DNA of 64,000 nucleotides from a virus (IMGVR_UViG_3300047564_005910:48317-112316); one strand, 5' to 3'; counted from the stretch's first letter, positions 10,073 to 20,883 are shown. Notes: generated by a model not told the origin, from the letters alone. Made by a program: numbers and translations.

Positions 10073-12565
10073 TTAGTAACCTAATACTGTTTTACGACGT
10101 TGAACACTAAATTCGGCACGTACAGGACGTGGACGGCGGCGATATACTGTTGTCGGCCAGTGTAACTTACCAACGTTTGATACCTGAATAACCGGTTCAC
10201 TGTAAATTATTGTTGGCTGGTAGTTATAAGGTGCACGAGCAGTTGAACCTACGTGCATTTGGAATCCAGCAGAATAAGTTTGACCGAAGTGATTGTATTG
10301 GGAAATACCAATACTTTGAGGTGGGTTTATTGTAATAACCTCATATGCACCAATGCCTCTTCTCATATCTAGAACAGGTACTAATTCTTCATTAACTTTA
10401 GTATGTGCTATATGATTTACAACAGGGTATGTTGTTTTATCACCGAGAATTGTACGGATACGGTCGTTGTTTGTCGGGCCGCTAAATACAATTGCTAAGT
10501 TACGGTATATTTGAGATGTTCTAAGAACATTAGCAGGTATTTGACCTGTTGCGTATGTAATATTAGGTGCATTCTGAGAAGTAAGCGGTGCAGTACGTAC
10601 ATACGTACCTGTTGCTGGTAATGTACCAAGTGTGAATACGTTAAATGCTGGCAAGTATCTATTTGTTGTTTGTATTGCACTGCCGCTCATTGCAACTATT
10701 GGAGTTCTTACTGCAAATCTTGTAGGAGGTATAACAACTCTGGCGTTATACTTTGTCTTGTACTGAGATGTAAGACTTGGCATTTGACTTGCTACGAATG
10801 AACCTGAAGCCCATATAAAGATTGTACCTGAAAGAACACGATCACTGTGTATTGTTTGTGCAATATAATCAGTTACAAAGGTAACGTTTTGTATATCAAG
10901 CGCTGTTAACGGTATACGGCCTGTTGCAGTTAGATCTGTAACAGATATGGTTGTTACAGGAGCTTTATCAATATATGTCTCGTATTTACCGAATTTAGTA
11001 CCTGTATTTACTATTTTGTAATTATCAGGTGTATTAATATTAAGACTAATAGCTGATAATATAACATTTTTAAACGACGATGTTGTAACGAAGTTAGTAG
11101 ACGTTAGTCGACCTGTTTTTGTAAAATGCTCTAAACCAGGAGCTGATGTATAGACTACCCAGGTAGATAGTTCTGGGTGATACATAGTCCAAGAACCGAC
11201 CCGTCTAAAATCAACAGCTACAGGCTGTTTTGTAACAACTACTGTATTGACTGAAGGATCAAAGTTAAACATTTGCAGTGCTGAAACCGGTAGAGAAGAT
11301 AATGTTCTCCAATGGGATAGGTACTTGTTAATAACTGTTGTATATGAACGACGGAAGTGCTTACTCTTTGCGTACGCTACATCAACAGCGGACCAAGCAG
11401 AGGTTTTATCAGCAAAAGTGCGTGTTGGTACACCTTGTATTAAGCTCTGTCTTGATGTAGGTACTTTTGTTAAAAATGCACCGTGGTTACCTACAACGAT
11501 ATCAGCTGGGCCTCTATAAACACCAGCGTGACTTATTGGCATATGCCATCTGTATTTTGTACCCGTTAGTAGATCAAACATTGTTCTTATATCAGCGGTC
11601 TTAGGGTATGGCTTATAAGAATAAAATGCTGATAAGAATTGTTGAGCTGTTTCTCCAGTTGGAAGTGTTTTATTGAAAATACCACTGCTTGATAACACTT
11701 TATGCAGCTGTGTTAAGTAACCTTGTTTCGAATAACTTTCTTGATCCGGTTTTGTTTGTAAAAATGCATCAAGTTCATAAACATCACTAGGAACTAATAC
11801 CGTAGTTGGGTTAGCATACCCTACTAAGTTTGAGCTAACTGCGCCTACTGTGTTTGCGTATATATTGAACTTAGGCTTACTACCGTTTATGCGTTGACCG
11901 GATGACATTTGGGTCATACTGACATACGCTAAAAAGCTTTCTATCCATACGAATGATGTGACTAACGGATTAGTTGTATCTTGACGTATAGTTTTATTAC
12001 TGTACGGTGTTTGTAATTCAATAGCAACACCGGTTGTTGTTGTCCAGAATGTTAGTTTTGGTCTACTTAACTCAATGCCAGCAGGAGAAACGTACCATTC
12101 ATTTATTGGTGTTAATTTTTTAGGAGATTCGTTTGAATATTTTGGGTAATGTATTACAACCGGTATTGGGTTACCTGATGGCGGTACAACATAAAACCAA
12201 AATGGTTGGTTGCGTGTGTTATCAATAAATGATTGACTTATGTATTGGGCACTTGCACCTAAAGTTAAGTTCGACCACGGTACACATTTTCCATATGCTT
12301 CCTGAATATTATTAGGCTGTACGGTTTCAGGATACCCTGAAACTTGACGGTTTGCAGACGATAAATAGTAGCTTTTAGCAGTAGTAAAGCCATCATATGT
12401 TGGATCGAGTAAAAACCATGGATAACCGATGCCGGGTACACTAAATAATGCATCTGTGAACGGTCTGGTTGCGGAAAGTTTTGTTAATCTACCTTCTGTA
12501 AATAATGAGTTATACTCTTTAAGAGAATACTTCGAGGAACTTAATGTAGGTGCTGCTATTGCCAT
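10073..12565 (-). CDS. Large Thr/Ser-rich hypothetical late protein, probably virion-associated
   Basis: 830-aa ORF, beta-rich and acid-poor; TAAATA 6 nt upstream (12577-12572); follows the baseplate genes. Confidence 0.65.
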   Translation of the reverse strand: MAIAAPTLSSSKYSLKEYNSLFTEGRLTKLSATRPFTDALFSVPGIGYPWFLLDPTYDGFTTAKSYYLSSANRQVSGYPETVQPNNIQEAYGKCVPWSNLTLGASAQYISQSFIDNTRNQPFWFYVVPPSGNPIPVVIHYPKYSNESPKKLTPINEWYVSPAGIELSRPKLTFWTTTTGVAIELQTPYSNKTIRQDTTNPLVTSFVWIESFLAYVSMTQMSSGQRINGSKPKFNIYANTVGAVSSNLVGYANPTTVLVPSDVYELDAFLQTKPDQESYSKQGYLTQLHKVLSSSGIFNKTLPTGETAQQFLSAFYSYKPYPKTADIRTMFDLLTGTKYRWHMPISHAGVYRGPADIVVGNHGAFLTKVPTSRQSLIQGVPTRTFADKTSAWSAVDVAYAKSKHFRRSYTTVINKYLSHWRTLSSLPVSALQMFNFDPSVNTVVVTKQPVAVDFRRVGSWTMYHPELSTWVVYTSAPGLEHFTKTGRLTSTNFVTTSSFKNVILSAISLNINTPDNYKIVNTGTKFGKYETYIDKAPVTTISVTDLTATGRIPLTALDIQNVTFVTDYIAQTIHSDRVLSGTIFIWASGSFVASQMPSLTSQYKTKYNARVVIPPTRFAVRTPIVAMSGSAIQTTNRYLPAFNVFTLGTLPATGTYVRTAPLTSQNAPNITYATGQIPANVLRTSQIYRNLAIVFSGPTNNDRIRTILGDKTTYPVVNHIAHTKVNEELVPVLDMRRGIGAYEVITINPPQSIGISQYNHFGQTYSAGFQMHVGSTARAPYNYQPTIIYSEPVIQVSNVGKLHWPTTVYRRRPRPVRAEFSVQRRKTVLGY

Positions 12566-12594
12566 ATAATATATTTAATATTTTTTGTATTATT

Positions 12595-14352
12595 TTATAT
12601 TGTATCTTGAAAGGTTTTTTCGGCTTTTTGAAACCTGTGCAGCTTAACTGCAGTTATGTCATTATAGTAAATTTCAGCTTCAAATATATGTTTTACGTTA
12701 ATTACAAACCATTGCCCGTAAAACTTATTTTGAAAATCGCCGTCTTCAACACCCTCTGTTCTATCAATACCTATAAAACGGCCCGGCTCTCTAAATGTTA
12801 AACCTAAGCACCGGAAGTTAATAGCAGCGTTTTGAAAAAGACCGGTGTATAGTAAGTTATGTAAACCAGATGATTGACGTATTAAAGCGCCTCCATCAGC
12901 CACATTGTCACCGTAGTTAGAAAAAATAGGATTCATATTGTTATGTTCTCTATCTTTATCAATAGTTATTAAAAATAAATCTTCCGCTGTACCGTTTTTA
13001 TAAAGTTTATCGATGTATTTTTTTGACATAAAAGTACGAGCAGCTTTTACGCTATTATTTTGAAACTCTACTTTGTACAATCGTTGATTATAATCAAATG
13101 AATAGACTGGTCTATTAGCAAATTCACGTGTATTTGTATGAGCTGCAATATCTACAAAACGATAGTTAGTAATTTGATTATATTTTAAAGATTTAACGTC
13201 AACCTTATCACTTGTTGAGTTTTTAGAAAGAGGTGCTTTATGTAGTTTAGTTGGTGTGTTTTTATCCCCGGTATACCCTTGTAAGAAAAAGTGTTCTATT
13301 TGGTAATCCCCTGGGTCTTCGGCTCCGTTACCAGCCTTTTCAAAGAAATGAGATACCGGTCTTAGTGTTAGATAACCTTGATCTTTTTCGTTAGGGCCTT
13401 TTTCTTTAATTAAAAGACTAAAATCATTACTTGAACCTTCAGCTACTTGACTAATATGGCGCTCAAGAACGTATTGTAAACTTTCATAAGCTGAAACTTC
13501 TGTTGGGGTTGTGTAAAATATTTTAGCAGGTCCCTCCTCCCACTCTTCTCCTATATCTGCCGTAAAAGAATATGGCATATTTAAATTTGCTTCTGGTGTA
13601 ACTGTGCCTGCAACCGGCATAGTTTTAGTTTCGCTTAACGCTACATCGATAATTTCTTTCATTGCTCGACCCGTGTTTATTAAACCTTGTTGTTCGTAGC
13701 CGGTAGATTTGTCACCTTCTATATTAGCTGAAGAAGATAAAGCTGTAGAATATTCTATAACTGTGTTTGAAAGTTTTTGAAAAATATAATCCCAAAAATA
13801 CAGCTTTAAACATTTAATAGTTGCTGATGCGGCATTTTGTGCACCGGGTGGTAGATCAACGTCCTCCATATCATATACCGAAAATACATGGGATATTGTC
13901 CAGAATTTTTTATCTGAAATAACTAAATCAGGAACAGCTATTTGCCCGGTTATTGCGGAGTTTTGTGCTTGGGTATTTGGAACAATTCTAATGCGAAGCC
14001 TGTCGTTTCCGTCATTTCGAAAGCTATAAAATTGACCAGTGCCAGAATTAAGACCCGTAGCAGCCGAACTTGATTGACCAGTATCGCTATTTGTACTACC
14101 AGCCTCACCTTCAGGGTTAAACATAAACGTTAACGTACCACGAGTAACCCAGTCAGATAAAGTATCTTCTATTGTTAAGTTAACAATAGCGTTAGGGTTA
14201 ATAGTGTACCTATCTGTTAAAGAATTACCGTTTGTATTATCTAGGTATATTTCAACAAGGTGTTTAACTTGGTTATACTTTGTTTCGATTTCTTCATTAT
14301 CTAGCAACGAACTAGTAGTAGATGTAGGGTTTAATGAAAGATTACTAGCCAT
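12595..14352 (-). CDS. Probable baseplate hub protein (gp27-like)
   Basis: Position after gp53. N-terminal NLTIEDTL..RGTL and C-terminal G..FREPGRFI...GQWFVINVKHIF pattern typical of hub/late-control-D proteins. Confidence 0.55.
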   Translation of the reverse strand: MASNLSLNPTSTTSSLLDNEEIETKYNQVKHLVEIYLDNTNGNSLTDRYTINPNAIVNLTIEDTLSDWVTRGTLTFMFNPEGEAGSTNSDTGQSSSAATGLNSGTGQFYSFRNDGNDRLRIRIVPNTQAQNSAITGQIAVPDLVISDKKFWTISHVFSVYDMEDVDLPPGAQNAASATIKCLKLYFWDYIFQKLSNTVIEYSTALSSSANIEGDKSTGYEQQGLINTGRAMKEIIDVALSETKTMPVAGTVTPEANLNMPYSFTADIGEEWEEGPAKIFYTTPTEVSAYESLQYVLERHISQVAEGSSNDFSLLIKEKGPNEKDQGYLTLRPVSHFFEKAGNGAEDPGDYQIEHFFLQGYTGDKNTPTKLHKAPLSKNSTSDKVDVKSLKYNQITNYRFVDIAAHTNTREFANRPVYSFDYNQRLYKVEFQNNSVKAARTFMSKKYIDKLYKNGTAEDLFLITIDKDREHNNMNPIFSNYGDNVADGGALIRQSSGLHNLLYTGLFQNAAINFRCLGLTFREPGRFIGIDRTEGVEDGDFQNKFYGQWFVINVKHIFEAEIYYNDITAVKLHRFQKAEKTFQDTI

Positions 14353-14355
14353 GAC

Positions 14356-14709
14356 TTAGTATTTTGATGTTTGAGTTAATATACTTTGAACAACTTCAAA
14401 TATAGGTACGTCTAAATTTGTACCCGGTTCGAGAAGAGGGATGGGGTTATCGATTTTGTTAAATGTAGTTATTACCCACCACAAGTTCGGGGTATTATAT
14501 ACTTTATACGATATAAACGGGTAGGTATCACCTATTTTTGTAGTATAGGTATAGTAAAAATTTTTAGGTAATCTGTCAGGAAACTTTACTGACTGTAATA
14601 TATTGTAGTAGTAACGATTGTTTTCATCTACGTTAACTGAAAAAATATTTTCGTAATTTTCAGTGCGTAGACGAGGTAAATCTTTAATTTGATTTTGTTT
14701 GCTAATCAT
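14356..14709 (-). CDS. gp53: Baseplate wedge protein with LysM-like motif (gp53-like)
   Basis: YTTKIGDTYPFISYKVYNTPNLWWVITTFNKIDNP. Confidence 0.8.
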   Translation of the reverse strand: MISKQNQIKDLPRLRTENYENIFSVNVDENNRYYYNILQSVKFPDRLPKNFYYTYTTKIGDTYPFISYKVYNTPNLWWVITTFNKIDNPIPLLEPGTNLDVPIFEVVQSILTQTSKY

Positions 14710-15740
14710 GAGTTATCTCCGACAATTATATCTATTACATCCCGTGCCCCTTCAGATAAAGAATCTCCGACCGTGTCAGTTGTTTCTGATCGAGTTGATT
14801 GGGATACTTTTCCTACTACGGTTTGTTCATTTATTGTTTGAAAAAGATTTTTACTAGGCATAACCATATCTGTTAAGGTTATATTAACTTCATAGACGTC
14901 AGGAACGTTACATTTATTACCTGCAGAATCAGTTAATAATCTAACATTGCCGCGGTTATTAACCGTTATATTTGTTACGCATGATGCGTAGCTATAGTGT
15001 TGTCCTGGTACAGTAACTTCGTAGTAAACGGGTGGTATACCGGTAATAAAATCTCTCTTATTAAAAAGATTTTGATTAATAAAAAGAAAGCATAGCTCTC
15101 GGTTTACTTCCCAGTCTTCTGTATAATATTTTGTAGTATTTTGTTTTGTATTAAAGAGAGGAAATTTAATTGTGTAAGATCTAAAATCGTGACTCTCCCA
15201 TAATTTAGGTCGATCCATAATACCTACTTTCGGGTAACCTAACGAGAGCCCTGCTAGTATAGCACCACCAGCAAATTCTTTAGCTTTATCAACAAATTTT
15301 GCAGCTCCTTTTCCCATAACTGTACCTGCAAATCCTTCAACAGCGTTACCGGCGGCTTCTAAAGTATCGAGGGACTTCCATTGCGGGGTGTTTAACTCGA
15401 AATTTATGTCAGTAAAAAACGGCATTCTGTAAACAAACCCTGTTTCTTGATCTCTCGGAAAAAGCTCAGCGTAAGGAGCTAATCTATCCCCACCACCAAC
15501 AAAATTAGCAGCTCCTGCAGTATAAAAAAACAACTGCCGCTTTATTGCGCTTTCATTTACAGCATATTCCTTTAAAACAATATACGGTGCACGCTCTCTT
15601 GCTTTATAACTATAAGTCCAAGGAAACTGGCCATGCACATCAATATAAGCAGAACCACCTGCTGGTACAAACTCATTAGCTAACCCAGCGCTGTTAATAA
15701 ATGATTTTGGCTTACCGCCTTGAGAGTATAGTACTGGCAT
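14706..15740 (-). CDS. Baseplate tail-tube cap (gp48-like)
   Basis: FRSYTIKFPL, SCVTNITVN and PDVYEVNITLTD segments; lies between tape measure and gp53. Confidence 0.55.
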   Translation of the reverse strand: MPVLYSQGGKPKSFINSAGLANEFVPAGGSAYIDVHGQFPWTYSYKARERAPYIVLKEYAVNESAIKRQLFFYTAGAANFVGGGDRLAPYAELFPRDQETGFVYRMPFFTDINFELNTPQWKSLDTLEAAGNAVEGFAGTVMGKGAAKFVDKAKEFAGGAILAGLSLGYPKVGIMDRPKLWESHDFRSYTIKFPLFNTKQNTTKYYTEDWEVNRELCFLFINQNLFNKRDFITGIPPVYYEVTVPGQHYSYASCVTNITVNNRGNVRLLTDSAGNKCNVPDVYEVNITLTDMVMPSKNLFQTINEQTVVGKVSQSTRSETTDTVGDSLSEGARDVIDIIVGDNS

Positions 15741-15751
15741 ATAATTACTTA

Positions 15752-18277
15752 TTAAGCGGTATCAAGGGTAAATTGGGACCTCACGTGCCGTATAGGGTCA
15801 AAATTTGTAGCAGCTGCTCTAGATGCTGATTCATATTCTTGCTGCTGTCCTAATAATACTCTTGGTCCTTGCTGACCATCGGGTAGCATTTTTTTGTCAA
15901 GCACTTGTGTAAACTTATACATTAAACGTATTAGGTTTTCTAAAGACATATGTGTTTTTTCAGTATTATCAGAAATGTCCCTTAAGAACCGTTCATCAAT
16001 AACTGGTGTATCTGTTGCATCTATATTAATTGGTCTTTCGTCTGTTTGCTGAATATTTTCAGCAGTTCTAATTTGATTTGTTTCCGGTTGAACGTTTAAG
16101 TTTTGTTTTGCATTTTCATCTCTTTTATCTATTTCATTAACAGATAAATCTTGAGATTGATTTACAGAACTTGTGTTATTTTGTTCGGTGCCTGTCTTTG
16201 TTGTAGGTATATTAGTTTGTTTAAGTTGTTCGCTAATATCCTCGCTGCCTGACATAAATGAAGTTAATTTTGACCATATGCCACCTACAGAGTCTTTGAT
16301 AAATTTAAAAGTGTTTTTTATAGTATCTTTTACAAAGTTGAAAATTCTTTTTGTAATATTTTCGTGCACCCATTTACCAATATCTGTAACTGTTTCAGTT
16401 ACACTTTTATATGCTTCTGCAAACTTACCGGTTTGATCTTTAACCCAATCTTTACTAACCGAAAATGCTGATGTTACCTTTTCTTTAAATTTTTTTGCAC
16501 CATCAATAGCATTTGTAACCGTTGACTTTGTAAAATTAGTAATTTTGTCGGCCATAGCTTTCACATTCGTAGAAGCCCAATCTTTAACTTTGTCTGCTAT
16601 AACACCTCCGACTTTTTTGAGGTTATCTAAAGGGCTGGTTTCGAGCTTGACTTCTCCCACCGGGGTATCAATACCTTCTAATTTTTCGTTTGCATTGTCT
16701 TCTAAAGACTTAATAACGTTTGCAGGTAAAACTTTTCTTGCTAACCACTTTACCCACGTCCATGTATTTTTCCACCAATTACGGGCTTTTTCAAGTATAG
16801 CATCTTTAATTGCTGTAAACGGGCTCTTCTTAGGGGTCTCTTGTTTAATATCTTTCTTTTCGTCAGATGTTTTAACATCTAACCAATCCATAATCATTCC
16901 TACAAATGGAACGGCACGACCGAGCCAAATTAAACTATCTTTCCACTGACCTGCGAATAAAGCTTGAGAGCTTTTAATCAACGGTCCAATTATCGGTAGG
17001 TTAATAACCTTACTAGCTACCCATTTACCGAAACCGGTAACCCAGTTAGTTGCTTTGGAAATACCACCTTTAATCGATTCTTGAGTTTTACCTTCTGTAA
17101 AATAATCTATAATATCTAATACGGTGCCAACACCTGGTATTGAGCGAACTAAGCTATACATTGCGTCAACCCATTTGCCTTTTGATATGTCTTCGGCCAT
17201 CTGTATTAACGGACCAACAACGGGAATATATTTGACCCCTTTGTAAATCATTTTACCAAGACCCTTGGCCCAGTCTAACAACATACTACCTTTTTTAGCA
17301 GATGCTTCTGCAGAAGAACCGCCTGTTTTAGCATCTAAAACAGCCTGCATTATGTCTACACCAAGACTTAACACCGTACCGAGACCTGGGGCTACTAAAT
17401 CTAGTAATTGTACAGTACCAGATACTAAATCAATAATACCACCAATTGTATCTCCTTTCGAAAATCTTTGAAACGCAAAACCGTAACTTATAAGTGTTCC
17501 AATAATTGGTATTCTTTTAAGAGCACTTTTTAACGTCATTCCAAAAACTTTTTTAGCTAATAGGACTAACCCGCCCTTAATACCTGCTTTGCCGATAAGT
17601 TCAAGTGTTCCTTTAGCACCACCGTCAGTTTTAAACGCCATAACTAACGCAGTTATACCACCTAAAATTAATGCTAAACCACCCCCTAGGCCTTTTACCC
17701 ATCCAGGTATACTGCCTAGTAGGCCACCTTCACTATAATCTTCTTCTTTTTCTTTTTCTTCTTCAGTTTTTTCTTTTGGAAAAATGCCTTTTAATATTTC
17801 AGGTAATTTTTTCTCGAACCCCTCTGTTAAACCCCCTATAATAACCGTTTTAGGTTTTTCATTTACTTCATTTATAACATCAGCTTCAGTTGCAGAAATA
17901 CGCTGAGTAAAGCCTTCATTATCTTTAATAGTTGAAGGTAGCTTTTCTTGGGTTTCTTTAACAGATGGCAACTTAAGAGCATCCGTAGCTTGTTTTACCG
18001 GCTCGGCTTTTTCTTCTTTATTTTTACCAAATCTCTTTTTTAAAGCATCATAACCTACCCCGAGCCAACCTTTATCTTCTAAAGCTTTACCGAAGTTTTC
18101 AAATTTTTTAGTATAACTTTCTTTAGTCTGTAAAGCGGCCTTAGACTTTTTCTCTACTTCAGTCAGTATGGCAGGAAACAAACGGCTTTCAAGTATTACA
18201 CCTATCCTTTCAGAGATAGCTTGTGACAATACTTCTATACCATCATTACTATTAGTAGTTGTAGCAAAATCCGCCAT
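15752..18277 (-). CDS. Tape measure protein
   Basis: 841 aa with repeated (I/L/V)P(I/V/G/F)(I/V)G..I units and amphipathic W/F-periodic helices; located in the tail module. Confidence 0.75.
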   Translation of the reverse strand: MADFATTTNSNDGIEVLSQAISERIGVILESRLFPAILTEVEKKSKAALQTKESYTKKFENFGKALEDKGWLGVGYDALKKRFGKNKEEKAEPVKQATDALKLPSVKETQEKLPSTIKDNEGFTQRISATEADVINEVNEKPKTVIIGGLTEGFEKKLPEILKGIFPKEKTEEEKEKEEDYSEGGLLGSIPGWVKGLGGGLALILGGITALVMAFKTDGGAKGTLELIGKAGIKGGLVLLAKKVFGMTLKSALKRIPIIGTLISYGFAFQRFSKGDTIGGIIDLVSGTVQLLDLVAPGLGTVLSLGVDIMQAVLDAKTGGSSAEASAKKGSMLLDWAKGLGKMIYKGVKYIPVVGPLIQMAEDISKGKWVDAMYSLVRSIPGVGTVLDIIDYFTEGKTQESIKGGISKATNWVTGFGKWVASKVINLPIIGPLIKSSQALFAGQWKDSLIWLGRAVPFVGMIMDWLDVKTSDEKKDIKQETPKKSPFTAIKDAILEKARNWWKNTWTWVKWLARKVLPANVIKSLEDNANEKLEGIDTPVGEVKLETSPLDNLKKVGGVIADKVKDWASTNVKAMADKITNFTKSTVTNAIDGAKKFKEKVTSAFSVSKDWVKDQTGKFAEAYKSVTETVTDIGKWVHENITKRIFNFVKDTIKNTFKFIKDSVGGIWSKLTSFMSGSEDISEQLKQTNIPTTKTGTEQNNTSSVNQSQDLSVNEIDKRDENAKQNLNVQPETNQIRTAENIQQTDERPINIDATDTPVIDERFLRDISDNTEKTHMSLENLIRLMYKFTQVLDKKMLPDGQQGPRVLLGQQQEYESASRAAATNFDPIRHVRSQFTLDTA

Positions 18278-18280
18278 TTA

Positions 18281-18304
18281 TCTTTCTTAAATATTTAAGA
18301 AAGA
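18281..18304. repeat. Perfect 24-bp palindrome containing TAAATA late-promoter cores
   Basis: TCTTTCTTAAAT|ATTTAAGAAAGA is its own reverse complement; it ends 3 nt upstream of the tape-measure ATG. Confidence 0.9.
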
Positions 18305-18311
18305 AATCTGT

Positions 18312-19154
18312 TTATGTGTTAAAAAACGATGCGTCGTACGGTAATTCTTTTTCTATTATTACCTCTTTTTGCTCTTTATTTTGAACTCTAACTTTAACTT
18401 TTAAAACATCTGCTATATGTTGTTTATAGGTTTCTATGTACTTTAGAACGTTTTTAATAACGTTAGCAGGTAGTTTTTCAACAATTTTAGTTCTATTTTT
18501 AAACGTAAGACTTGCAAAATCGATCACTTGCTCATTAATTTGTACGGATATTATATATTTTGTTATTTCATTAATAAACGTATTACCGACAATCTCTCTA
18601 AGCTCTTCAGGTGTATCAACATTTAATTTAGTTGTTTTATGAAACTCTTTTTCGAGTTTATTTTCGGTCTCTAACTGAGGTACGTTACAAGTAACTGTAC
18701 ACTGTTCATGAGTAAAGCTTTCTTGAGTAAAAGTCTTTACATTTTCGTTTAAGTGCTTATAAACATCACTAATCAGAATTGTTGTTTTTATGTTTTCTTC
18801 TAGATTATTTTGTCTTTTTTCTTCGTCAGTAAAAGTAATAGTGTACTCATCAGATATATTTTCAATACGTGTTTTTAAAAAGATAAAAAGTTTATCGTAA
18901 GAGTTTAAACCACTATACACGCTACTATCAAAACAATTATCTTTTATAATTTTATTAAATGTTAGAACAAACTGTGTGTTATAAATTGGTGTATCGATAA
19001 CCGTCTTTAAGAGCTCTTTTAATTGCTCTGTTGTTAGAACTTTAAATTGTTGCTCGGTATTTTGTGTAGGTATAAAAACATTATACCCGCTACTTTTTTC
19101 TAGTGCCTCGAGAGAAGATAGTATAGCACTAAAACTAGTATTATTAGATTCCAT
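18312..19154 (-). CDS. Baseplate hub assembly protein (gp26-like)
   Basis: FKVLTTEQLKELL...LNSYDKLFIFLKTR...ELPYDASFF pattern of the T4 gp26 family. Confidence 0.6.
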   Translation of the reverse strand: MESNNTSFSAILSSLEALEKSSGYNVFIPTQNTEQQFKVLTTEQLKELLKTVIDTPIYNTQFVLTFNKIIKDNCFDSSVYSGLNSYDKLFIFLKTRIENISDEYTITFTDEEKRQNNLEENIKTTILISDVYKHLNENVKTFTQESFTHEQCTVTCNVPQLETENKLEKEFHKTTKLNVDTPEELREIVGNTFINEITKYIISVQINEQVIDFASLTFKNRTKIVEKLPANVIKNVLKYIETYKQHIADVLKVKVRVQNKEQKEVIIEKELPYDASFFNT

Positions 19155-19176
19155 ATATTTTTTAAAACAAAAAAAG

Positions 19177-20085
19177 TCAACTTATAAAGCCGTCGCTAAA
19201 GTTTTTATCATACCCGGTACCACTAGGTGCTTGTTGTTCCGCTTCTTGTTTTTTAGCCATGTATGTTTCTAGTTTGCGACAAAAAATGTAGTATTCCCCT
19301 GGGGTACATTCTTCTATATACTCTGGAGTAAAATTACCAAACTTACATAATAAAAATATATTATCGTAAAGAGACAATAACTGGTCTCCGTATAATAATG
19401 TAATTAGACTTATATAGCTTTTAATATTAAAACTAAAGGGTATAAATTCACTTACCCCTTTAATGTGTTCTAGTAAATTTGTTTTTGAATATATTTCTAG
19501 TAAACTGTATATTTTTTTATAGAGGTTAGATATAACTTTTGCTGGTAGCTTTTGTATTGTTTGTATTTTTTCGTCAGTGTTAAACTTATAAATTTTAAAC
19601 TCTGTACCGTTAATTATTATGCTCTCTATGAAAGGTATACAAAATGTTTCGATATCATTCGTCTGTAATTGAGAGAGTTCGTTTGGTGTGGGTAGTTTAT
19701 ATTTTACTGTAATACCATTTTCTAGTGTATCGTCTTTTAATAGGTTTTTATAATCGATGCTTGATAGTTGTTTTATTATTTCTTCAATATTAATGTTAAG
19801 CTTAACATTTTTTTGTTGGGTGAGTTCTGCATAAACAATATTACCAATACTCATTGAGCGGATGTGGCTTAGTAGAATAAAATAATCAATTAAATTGAGC
19901 TCATTAATTTCTTCTTTAGTAAGGTTAGTAATTTCAGAAAAAATGTTATTAATGTTTAATAACACGATATCACTATCAGGTTCCCCTATTAGGCATTTTT
20001 GTATAATTTTAAGGTGTTTAAGTTTTAATTCTGAATAAGTTACATTTTTAGTATGCAGAAATGTTTTATATAAAAAAGATGCCAT
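19177..20085 (-). CDS. Second gp26-like hub assembly protein with gp51-like C-terminus
   Basis: LNLIDYFILLSHIRSMSIG (gp26-like) and NFTPEYIEECTPGEYYIF (gp51-like). Start moved to 20085, 7 nt after TAAATA. Confidence 0.55.
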   Translation of the reverse strand: MASFLYKTFLHTKNVTYSELKLKHLKIIQKCLIGEPDSDIVLLNINNIFSEITNLTKEEINELNLIDYFILLSHIRSMSIGNIVYAELTQQKNVKLNINIEEIIKQLSSIDYKNLLKDDTLENGITVKYKLPTPNELSQLQTNDIETFCIPFIESIIINGTEFKIYKFNTDEKIQTIQKLPAKVISNLYKKIYSLLEIYSKTNLLEHIKGVSEFIPFSFNIKSYISLITLLYGDQLLSLYDNIFLLCKFGNFTPEYIEECTPGEYYIFCRKLETYMAKKQEAEQQAPSGTGYDKNFSDGFIS

Positions 20086-20121
20086 GTTAGTATATTTACG
20101 CAATACAGAGCTAACTAGCCA

Positions 20122-20841
20122 CTATTGTGGCCCGTTAAAGTTTTGTATTGGAAAATCATTTAATACGTCATCTCTGCTTAGAGACTGGTTATCAGTAACT
20201 GAGTCAATAGTGTAGTAATGATATACAAATGTAGTCTCGCGAAGACGAGGGGTTGTTGAAGTAGAATAGTTAAACTCTTCTCCGACAACTGAAACGGGGC
20301 AAGCATCGTAAAAAGTATATTTTTGTGTAACGTGTGGAGGTTCGTCTCTAGAAATAACACCAAGTCTATACAGTGTAAAATTTGTGCGATATTGAGGAAA
20401 TTCTTTTGTGGCGACTAATCCGTAATGAGCAGTTGCAATGACCCAAGGACGAATAACATTGTCTGCAAAACTTACATTGGTATCTAAAAAGACAATCTGT
20501 AAGGGGGTATAAGCATCTCGGCCACCCCCAACTGTCGTACGTAAAAATCCATTGTATTGTAGACCTTCTGGGTTGGCTACCATACTTTCTCCAGGAAGCT
20601 GTATTGCTTGAGCAAAAAGACAGCCTTTTGTATTTTGAAGTCGCTCTTCTGTACATTTTTCAAGAGCTGTTTCAATGTTCCACTGCAATGGTTCAAACTC
20701 TAAAGCCTTTTTAATAGCATTTACAGGGCCAGTGAAATCATCAAACTGTAATACCCATTGAGCACCTTTAGGTATTGCAGTTGCTGGACGAGTTAAAAAC
20801 TCATCTAAAAAGTACGGGATACGGCTTTTAAATTCAGACAT
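20122..20841 (-). CDS. Tail-tube initiator / tube-like protein (gp54-like)
   Basis: LFAQAIQLPG...YTFYDACPVSV...TFVYHYY tube-fold pattern, next to gp19. Confidence 0.65.
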   Translation of the reverse strand: MSEFKSRIPYFLDEFLTRPATAIPKGAQWVLQFDDFTGPVNAIKKALEFEPLQWNIETALEKCTEERLQNTKGCLFAQAIQLPGESMVANPEGLQYNGFLRTTVGGGRDAYTPLQIVFLDTNVSFADNVIRPWVIATAHYGLVATKEFPQYRTNFTLYRLGVISRDEPPHVTQKYTFYDACPVSVVGEEFNYSTSTTPRLRETTFVYHYYTIDSVTDNQSLSRDDVLNDFPIQNFNGPQ

Positions 20842-20883
20842 ATAAACTAATATATATCTTTATTTAAGGGTAAATTTATGTTA

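Noticed and set aside
18312-20085. Lambda G/GT-type frameshift in the genes before the tape measure
   Set aside because: Both are complete ORFs with their own starts and stops; no overlap needing a shift.
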